NCBI GenBank assembly: GCA_902492325.1
Contig: CABULC010000006.1
Span: forward strand, 742-64,741
DNA: 64,000 nt
Direction: 5' to 3'
Source: an uncultured Clostridium sp.
Lineage (GTDB): Bacteria; Bacillota_I; Bacilli_A; RF39; UBA660
The translations under genes and the position numbers were made by a program. Every line of letters begins with the position of its first letter. The stretch's first letter is position 1. Of the stretch, positions 58,334 through 64,000 are shown piece by piece. Below the pieces are notes generated by a model. The model saw only the letters and a program-made list of their open reading frames with translations. It was not told where the DNA came from and ran no database searches.

Positions 58334-59397
58334 AAAAAATAATAATACTTTTTATATTAATATTATCACTTACTGGATGTAAAGATTATGTAGAAATAAA
58401 TGATCTAGCTATATTAACAGGCATAGTAATAGATTACAAGGATAATATGTATGAAGTAACTGCTCAACTAATAGTTAATGATAAAGATAGTAATATTGAA
58501 GTATTTAAAACTAAATCTAATTCTATAAATGAAGCAATCGCAGAACTATCAAAACTAAGTAACAAAGAAATATTTATTTCACACTTAAAAGTATTAATCG
58601 TAACAGACACAGTAATAAAAGAAAATATAGACTTTAAAGATTATTTCCTAAGAAGTTCTAAATCAAAGATGAACTTTTATGTTTATGTAATTAATAATGA
58701 AATAAGTGAAAAAGTATTAAATGTTTACAAAAAAAATGATGGATCGTCTATATATCTAGAAAAGATGATGAAGTTTAATCAAAATATATTTTCTTCATCT
58801 ACTCCATTAAAATTCTCTGATTATGCATACTACACTTATGAAAAAGGTTATAACTTAATTTACCCTAAAATAAAAATAGTTAAGAATAATAACAAAGAAG
58901 TATTATATTTATCTAATCTAACAACATTTAAAGATGATAACGAAATAGAGTTATCAGAAAATGAATCTATATTTTATAATATAGTATCCAATAAAGCTAT
59001 AAAAGCAACAGTTACTATTAAGTGTGATGATAATAATTTTTCAGTAGAATTACAAGATATAAAAACTAAATATAAATGGAAAAATAATAAATTCACTATA
59101 TCTAATAAAACAAACTCTAAAGTTATAGATTATAAATGTAAATACGATTTAACTAAAAAAGAATCAATAGAAAAATTAAATAAATTAACTAGTAATTATA
59201 TTAAAGATAATATAAACAACTTATTAACATTTATAAAAGATAATAATAAAGATGTAATTGGAATAGGAAACTATATTTATAAACATGATAAAAATTATTT
59301 TAAGGATAAAAATAAATGGAAGAATTATTTAAATAACATAGAATTTAAAATAGATGCTAAAACAAATATTACTTCTATAGGAGAAATAAAGAAATGA
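58330..59397 (+). CDS. spore germination lipoprotein, Ger(x)C family
   Basis: Lipobox LSLTGC; the N-terminal DYVEINDLAILTGIVID is typical of GerAC-type proteins. It overlaps the A gene by 4 nt. Confidence 0.8.
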   Translation: MKKIIILFILILSLTGCKDYVEINDLAILTGIVIDYKDNMYEVTAQLIVNDKDSNIEVFKTKSNSINEAIAELSKLSNKEIFISHLKVLIVTDTVIKENIDFKDYFLRSSKSKMNFYVYVINNEISEKVLNVYKKNDGSSIYLEKMMKFNQNIFSSSTPLKFSDYAYYTYEKGYNLIYPKIKIVKNNNKEVLYLSNLTTFKDDNEIELSENESIFYNIVSNKAIKATVTIKCDDNNFSVELQDIKTKYKWKNNKFTISNKTNSKVIDYKCKYDLTKKESIEKLNKLTSNYIKDNINNLLTFIKDNNKDVIGIGNYIYKHDKNYFKDKNKWKNYLNNIEFKIDAKTNITSIGEIKK

Positions 59398-60494
59398 AAG
59401 AATCTAATGAAAAAATAAATAGTTTTTCACTAAGTACTTTAGTAATAACTTTAAGTGGAGCTCCATTTTGGGGAATTCTAACTAGTTATTTACTTTATAA
59501 TTCAAGAGAAGCAACGCCTATATCTATGATTATTGGTTATCTTTTGGGATTATTAATTTCTAAGGCTATACTAACTCTTAATGATAAACATACCAATTTA
59601 ATAAGTTCTTTAAAGTTTAAAAAGATATATGGAAAGCCATCAATAGTTATAAATTTAATTGTCGCTCTACTCTCTATATTTTTATATATATTCTTGTGTT
59701 ATAGATTATCTTCGTTTTTATCAAGTCAATATTTAACTGAAACACCTGATATATATTTTTATCTATTAATACTTAGTTTAACTTTCTATATAGCAAATAA
59801 AGGAATAGAAACATTAACTAGAGTATCTATAATATCTATTTTTGTAGCATTCTCTATTTTTATATTTGATTATGCTAACTTAATAAAAGATATTAATATA
59901 AATAATTTTCTACCTCTTATTACAGTAAGCTATAAAAATATCATAAAGTCATCAATAATTTATGCATTGTTTTCATCTATCCCACCAATGTTCGTAATGA
60001 GTATTAAAAAAGATGATTTGACTGATAAAAAGAATTTTAATAAATTATATTATAAAATGTATACTTTATCATTTATAATTTTATTTATTGCTATAACATT
60101 CACAATCGGAGTATTTGGTATCAACTTAGCTAGTTTATTTGATTATCCATTATACACAGTACTAAAAAAAATAGAAATATTTTCTTTTCTAGATTCAATA
60201 GAAAACATAAGTGTTATGCTTTGGATATTATATTCAATTAATGCAGCTGCTTCCGTACTACTTTGTATATTTAATAATATAAAAGAAGCACTAAACTTAA
60301 ATAAAAAGAAACAAACTTATTTAAAAATAAGTGTTATGTTAATAACACTTATAATAACATTTATATTTTATAATAAACATAATTATATAGAGTCATATGA
60401 CTATGTAAAATATCCATTCTACGTAACTTTAACTATGTTAATTATAATATGTTTATCTATAATTATTAATAAAATCAAATTTAAAAGAAGCTAA
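59394..60494 (+). CDS. spore germination permease, GerAB/APC-superfamily B subunit
   Basis: About 10 TM helices and 366 aa. It overlaps the C gene by 4 nt, giving an A-C-B gene order. Confidence 0.75.
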   Translation: MKESNEKINSFSLSTLVITLSGAPFWGILTSYLLYNSREATPISMIIGYLLGLLISKAILTLNDKHTNLISSLKFKKIYGKPSIVINLIVALLSIFLYIFLCYRLSSFLSSQYLTETPDIYFYLLILSLTFYIANKGIETLTRVSIISIFVAFSIFIFDYANLIKDININNFLPLITVSYKNIIKSSIIYALFSSIPPMFVMSIKKDDLTDKKNFNKLYYKMYTLSFIILFIAITFTIGVFGINLASLFDYPLYTVLKKIEIFSFLDSIENISVMLWILYSINAAASVLLCIFNNIKEALNLNKKKQTYLKISVMLITLIITFIFYNKHNYIESYDYVKYPFYVTLTMLIIICLSIIINKIKFKRS

Positions 60495-60507
60495 TAATTA
60501 GCTTCTT

Positions 60508-61008
60508 TTATCTTACCATTCCAGGTTGTTTCATATGATCTGCTTTACTTTGAACAAATGCATCTATTTCTTCTTTCTTAAATGGTTCCATGATTGTTTC
60601 AATATATCTACCATCAGGATAGCTTGTTTTTCTTAAAACTTGTTTTCCTTTAAAAGTAAAATAGTCAGTAACATCATAAGGTTTCTTCTCTTCAATTGAA
60701 GGATGTAAACTTATAAGTTCACTAGTAACAAATACTCTATCTCCAATTTTCTTAATAACACCTTCTAAACATTTATTTTCATTTCCATTAGAAATAGCGC
60801 CATTAAACCCAACTTCACCAGTTTCTAATTTTTTAAGACTCATCATAACAAGGTCATAAGCTGTAGAATCTGGAGTACCAACATTAACTTCACTATCAGT
60901 AACTTCTTTAGTATGTCTAATTATATCAATATAATAGTCTCCTTCTTCATCACTTAATCCTTGATATCCAAAATAAGTTTCATATAAAATTCTATCTTCC
61001 CTAGTCAT
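60508..61008 (-). CDS. hypothetical protein downstream of khpA
   Basis: 166 aa with GGGGA SD upstream of ATG 61008. No motif recognised. Confidence 0.4.
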   Translation of the reverse strand: MTREDRILYETYFGYQGLSDEEGDYYIDIIRHTKEVTDSEVNVGTPDSTAYDLVMMSLKKLETGEVGFNGAISNGNENKCLEGVIKKIGDRVFVTSELISLHPSIEEKKPYDVTDYFTFKGKQVLRKTSYPDGRYIETIMEPFKKEEIDAFVQSKADHMKQPGMVR

Positions 61009-61047
61009 AAACAAATCCCCTTTAAAAAAGAAATAGTTATCCTATTT

Positions 61048-61290
61048 CTAAAATGAATCTATGTTTACTTTAACTTTTCTATTACCTTCATTATAAGCTT
61101 TAGCTTGTATTAAAGTTTTAATACTAGTAGCAATTTTACCTTTTTTACCAATTACTCTACCCATATCAGCTTCTGATACAAGTATTTCAATAGTAGTATC
61201 ATCATCACTACTAAATTCTTGAACTTTAACTAAATCAGGTTCTTTAACTAATTTTTTAACTATTAATTCAGAAAATTCAACTAAATTCAT
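61048..61290 (-). CDS. khpA: KH-domain RNA-binding protein (KhpA/YlqC)
   Basis: 80 aa with the KH GxxG motif VIGKKGKIA. It lies immediately downstream of rpsP. Confidence 0.85.
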   Translation of the reverse strand: MNLVEFSELIVKKLVKEPDLVKVQEFSSDDDTTIEILVSEADMGRVIGKKGKIATSIKTLIQAKAYNEGNRKVKVNIDSF

Positions 61291-61559
61291 TATTTACTAT
61301 TTTTAGATTTATGGAATTCTTCCATAACACCTACTTCACTTAAAATATTCTTAGCTGTATCTGTAGGTTGAGCTCCTTCCTTAAGCCATTTTAAAGCTGC
61401 TTCTTTATCAACATTATATTTAGTAGCTTCTAAAGGCATATAAGTTCCTATAGATTCAATAACATTACCATCTCTTTTAGCTCTAGAATCAGCTACAACA
61501 ACACGATAGTAAGGTCTTTTCTTAGCTCCCATTCTTTTAAGTCTAATTTTAACTGCCAT
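61290..61559 (-). CDS. rpsP: 30S ribosomal protein S16
   Basis: [31 protein letters not shown] is the canonical bS16 N-terminus. Confidence 0.96.
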   Translation of the reverse strand: MAVKIRLKRMGAKKRPYYRVVVADSRAKRDGNVIESIGTYMPLEATKYNVDKEAALKWLKEGAQPTDTAKNILSEVGVMEEFHKSKNSK

Positions 61560-61584
61560 ATCTTTCTCCTCCTCAGTGATTAAT

Positions 61585-61613
61585 AATATACACTAATTTA
61601 AAAAGTATGTCAA
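61585..61613 (-). promoter_or_regulatory. candidate sigma-A promoter of rpsP-khpA
   Basis: Minus strand: TTGACA-17 nt-TATATT, about 25 nt upstream of the SD GAGGAGGAG. Confidence 0.6.
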
Positions 61614-61916
61614 CCTTTTTTGGTTAACATACCATTTTATTAACTATTCTTTATCGCAAAATATTAAGGTTCTAATTAAGTATATATTAGTATGGTTTAT
61701 ATAATTTTTAAATTTTATATATTAAACCATAATTAACAATTAATTTTTTTCCTAAGAAAAAATACAATTTTCACTATAGAAATATATATACTAAAATTTT
61801 ATTTATATGTTTGCGTTGCTTTTTCATATATGCTACTCTACATGTCGAAGTGCCTGCGGCTAGGTGTCACCAAAGTTATTTTTCTCTTCAGGGGGACAAT
61901 ACGGAGGCAATATTGT

Positions 61917-62006
61917 ATGAGTAAAAAAGATTTTTTGATAAGCATATTACTTGTTATTATTATCTTATTACTTTTTATAATAATTTTATTAATTTTTTTA
62001 AATTAA
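61917..62006 (+). CDS. candidate 29-aa hydrophobic peptide (MSKKDFLISILLVIIILLLFIIILLIFLN), type I toxin-like
   Basis: GGAGG 9 nt upstream of the ATG. Charged N-terminus followed by a single uninterrupted TM helix. The ORF is embedded between GC-rich pairing segments. Below the ORF-track cut-off. Confidence 0.45.
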   Translation: MSKKDFLISILLVIIILLLFIIILLIFLN

Positions 62007-62082
62007 TAAAAACACCTAACTCACTTTGTAGTTAGGTATTACACCAACGTGATACCTAGCCTACAGGGGTCAGGTTCTTCAC
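62005..62082 (-). ncRNA. candidate ~80-nt antisense RNA covering the 3' UTR of the peptide mRNA (putative antitoxin)
   Basis: Bounded by the extended -10 promoter at 62090..62119 and by the hairpin ACCTAACT-loop-AGTTAGGT followed by GTTTTTATTAATTT on the minus strand. Ends are inferred, not measured. Confidence 0.35.
62014..62037 (-). terminator. hairpin acting as a terminator for the antisense RNA (U-tract only on the minus strand)
   Basis: 8-bp stem acctaact/agttaggt with an 8-nt loop. The minus strand continues GTTTTTATT; the plus strand continues ATTACACC (no U-tract). Confidence 0.5.
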
Positions 62083-62089
62083 TAATAAT

Positions 62090-62119
62090 AGTCTATCACA
62101 TTTTAATACATATTGTAAA
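62090..62119 (-). promoter_or_regulatory. candidate extended -10 promoter for the antisense RNA
   Basis: Minus strand: TTTACA-18 nt (ending TGA)-TAGACT. Confidence 0.35.
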
Positions 62120-62143
62120 TAATTTATAAATTATTGCTTATAA

Positions 62144-62171
62144 AAATTGATACTAGTAATAATATCAATTT
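62144..62171. terminator. bidirectional hairpin (end of the HAD gene; possible end of the plus-strand peptide mRNA)
   Basis: aaattgata-10 nt-tatcaattt, with T-rich tracts on both sides. Confidence 0.5.
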
Positions 62172-62749
62172 TTATTCTTAAACTTATAACCTCTAACGTA
62201 TGGTATTAATTTATTTCCTTCAACTACATATGCAGTTTTAGCTAAATTTAATATTGGTAAATCACTTTCACTATCACTATAAGAAGTAACTATTTGAGCG
62301 TTAGGAATAGTACTAGCAAGTCTCTTAACTTTCTCTTCACCTTTACAATTCTTTCCAATTATATGTCCTTCTTTATCAGTTTTAGTAGCAAGTACATACC
62401 TAATACCAAGTTTTCTACAAAAAGGAATAATCCAAAGTTCATAAGAAGCACTTATAACTATATCATAATCACTCTTTCTAGATAAATACCATGGTTTAAT
62501 ATTCTTCATATGAGAACTAACAAACTTTTCAATATATCCATCTAAATCATCTATTTCAAATAAGAAAGATAACATAGCTTCTTTAACTCTTTCAAAAGTA
62601 ACAAGACCTCTTTTATAATCACGTTCTAATTTTTTAGTTTTCTTTAATGCTTTAATTACTTTAAATGGATGTTTTTTAAATGAGTAAAGTAATATATCTT
62701 TATTAGTATCTCCTTTATAAATTGTATTATCAAAATCATATATATTCAT
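62165..62749 (-). CDS. HAD-IB family hydrolase
   Basis: MNIYDFDNTIYKGDT (DxDxT motif I) and the late motif SDSESDLP. Confidence 0.7.
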   Translation of the reverse strand: MNIYDFDNTIYKGDTNKDILLYSFKKHPFKVIKALKKTKKLERDYKRGLVTFERVKEAMLSFLFEIDDLDGYIEKFVSSHMKNIKPWYLSRKSDYDIVISASYELWIIPFCRKLGIRYVLATKTDKEGHIIGKNCKGEEKVKRLASTIPNAQIVTSYSDSESDLPILNLAKTAYVVEGNKLIPYVRGYKFKNKN

Positions 62750-62792
62750 ATTTTTTCACCTATTATATTGTAGCAAATTTTACATGAAAAAT

Positions 62793-63842
62793 CTATTTAT
62801 TTAATTTAATAGAATCTACACCTAACTTCATAATAATATTTCTAACTATATCAGTATACATAAACCATCTCTTAATAACTTTAAGTCTTAATTTTATTTT
62901 AAGTTTAATAGTGTTAACTCTATATAATCTAGTTATTTTTTTAATATTATTTTCTTTATTTATTATTTTAGATAGTATATCAGCGCTTCTAATAGCACTG
63001 CTTATTCCTTCAAAAGAACTTGCACTTATAAATCCAGCAGCCTCTCCAATTAAATAAGCACCATCTTTTCCTGTAACAAAGTCCCTATATTTTTTAGGCC
63101 TATAAACAAGACATGCTTCACGTTTTACAGGATTACTTAAATCAATACTCAAAAACTTAGAAAGTCTTTCTCTTTGTTCCAAAAACTTATCTTTAGAGTT
63201 TTTAATATCAAAAGCTCCACCATATATTAAATACTCATCTTTATGAATTAACCAAGAACAACTACTACTTGTTTTTCTATCAAAAATACAAGAATAAAAA
63301 GAATTACTTGAATCAACACATTTATACCATTCTTGAATTGCCATATATTTCATAATATCATTTTTATAAAATGTTCTTCTAACTATAGAATTACATCCAT
63401 CTGCACCAACTATCATTTTAGATTTAATTATTTTTTTCTTGCCACTATCTAAAACTTCAAGTATATAATTATCTTCTTTTTTAACACTGACTACTCTTCC
63501 GTTTATCTTTTTAACATTATCAGGTATTAACGATACTAAATATTTATCAAATTTATATCTATCCATATTTAAATAATATCTTTGATAATATCTAACTTGT
63601 CTACTTACTAAATCCATTGTTTTAACAGAAAATATTTGAGGGCTAACTAATATATCTTTAGGAAGTACTAAATCATAATGAGCAAATTCTTTTTGAGCAT
63701 CTGGAGCAAGTAAACCTCCACAAGGTTTTTTATTCTTCTCATTTTCTGCATCTATTATTAATACTTTTTTATTACTTTTAGAGATTTGTCTTGCCAAAGT
63801 ACTTCCAGCAGGACCAGCACCAATAATAACTATATCGTACAT
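62793..63842 (-). CDS. FAD-dependent oxidoreductase (geranylgeranyl-reductase-like family)
   Basis: MYDIVIIGAGPAGSTLA dinucleotide-binding motif, GADG, and a GEAAGF-type motif (LIGEAAGFIS). Confidence 0.75.
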   Translation of the reverse strand: MYDIVIIGAGPAGSTLARQISKSNKKVLIIDAENEKNKKPCGGLLAPDAQKEFAHYDLVLPKDILVSPQIFSVKTMDLVSRQVRYYQRYYLNMDRYKFDKYLVSLIPDNVKKINGRVVSVKKEDNYILEVLDSGKKKIIKSKMIVGADGCNSIVRRTFYKNDIMKYMAIQEWYKCVDSSNSFYSCIFDRKTSSSCSWLIHKDEYLIYGGAFDIKNSKDKFLEQRERLSKFLSIDLSNPVKREACLVYRPKKYRDFVTGKDGAYLIGEAAGFISASSFEGISSAIRSADILSKIINKENNIKKITRLYRVNTIKLKIKLRLKVIKRWFMYTDIVRNIIMKLGVDSIKLNK

Positions 63843-63913
63843 ATTTTTTCTCCTTTGTAGATATTATAGTAAATTAACAATTTGTTAACAATTAGTTTTA
63901 CAATTATTTACAC

Positions 63914-63943
63914 AATTAAAAAGGATAACTTTCTATTACCCTT
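63914..63943 (-). terminator. candidate terminator after the partial upstream gene
   Basis: Minus strand: AAGGGTAA-loop-TTATCCTT (one G-U pair) followed by TTTAATTG. Confidence 0.4.
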
Positions 63944-64000
63944 CATTCCTCATAAATGCTTCATATTTATCCATTATTATTTCAGGATCCCCTTCATCCT
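63936..64000 (-). CDS. C-terminal fragment of an unidentified protein (gene runs off the window)
   Basis: Open frame ...DEGDPEIIMDKYEAFMRNEG-TAA. Too short to identify. Confidence 0.3.
   Translation of the reverse strand, partial: DEGDPEIIMDKYEAFMRNEG

Noticed and set aside
61691-61731. AT-rich inverted repeat TATGGTTTA-23 nt-TAAACCATA between the rpsP promoter and the toxin-like locus.
   Set aside because: The arms are only 9 bp, and the spacer and surroundings are pure AT low-complexity. It could be a binding site, but it cannot be distinguished from chance by eye.
61800-62100. Possibility that the structured region upstream of rpsP is SRP (4.5S/scRNA), 6S or tmRNA, given that ffh is missing here.
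   Set aside because: No SRP domain IV motif (GGAA/AGCA symmetric loop context), no tRNA-like ends or tag-peptide frame for tmRNA, and no long bulged 6S-type helix. The SD plus ATG plus hydrophobic ORF fits an mRNA better.

Overview
This is a very AT-rich (roughly 26-28% GC by eye) chromosomal segment from an endospore-forming low-GC Firmicute. Evidence for that: cotE, a gerA-type germinant-receptor operon, a type-B RNase P RNA and a T-box leader. DUF285/BspA-type repeats hint at an Erysipelotrichia-like lineage, but that is inference only. There are about 62 protein genes, roughly 90% on the minus strand. Most are core housekeeping: ecfA1-ecfA2-ecfT-truA, ftsY-ylxM, rnj, cysS, recA, rodZ-like-pgsA, gpsB-rnpB, priA-fmt, miaB, uvrB, T-box-trpS and rpsP-khpA, plus one tRNA-Ala(UGC). 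The items most worth a second look are: (1) a structured ~0.35 kb intergenic locus upstream of rpsP that encodes a 29-aa hydrophobic peptide, is bracketed by a 17-bp 5'-3' pairing and faces a convergent short antisense RNA (type I toxin-antitoxin-like); (2) two tandem genes between recA and cysS that fuse a type IV prepilin N-terminus to DUF285/BspA leucine-rich repeats, the first driven by a candidate promoter whose spacer carries a G4-A-G6 tract (possible phase variation); (3) an ECF energizing module whose two ATPases have lost canonical ABC motifs; (4) a translationally coupled module of an SPFH(COG4260)-SHOCT protein with two zinc-ribbon membrane proteins; (5) a 30-aa ORF with a strong promoter and SD, followed by a terminator-like hairpin, just upstream of an ABC exporter; (6) an in-frame TAG splitting a small conserved gene downstream of an amidase; (7) an orphan J-domain protein. 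No CRISPR array, rRNA, transposase or integrase was seen. All calls come from motif recognition in the supplied translations and manual reading of intergenic DNA. No database search or folding program was run, and several start codons were moved from the ORF-track position to the first ATG with a Shine-Dalgarno sequence.
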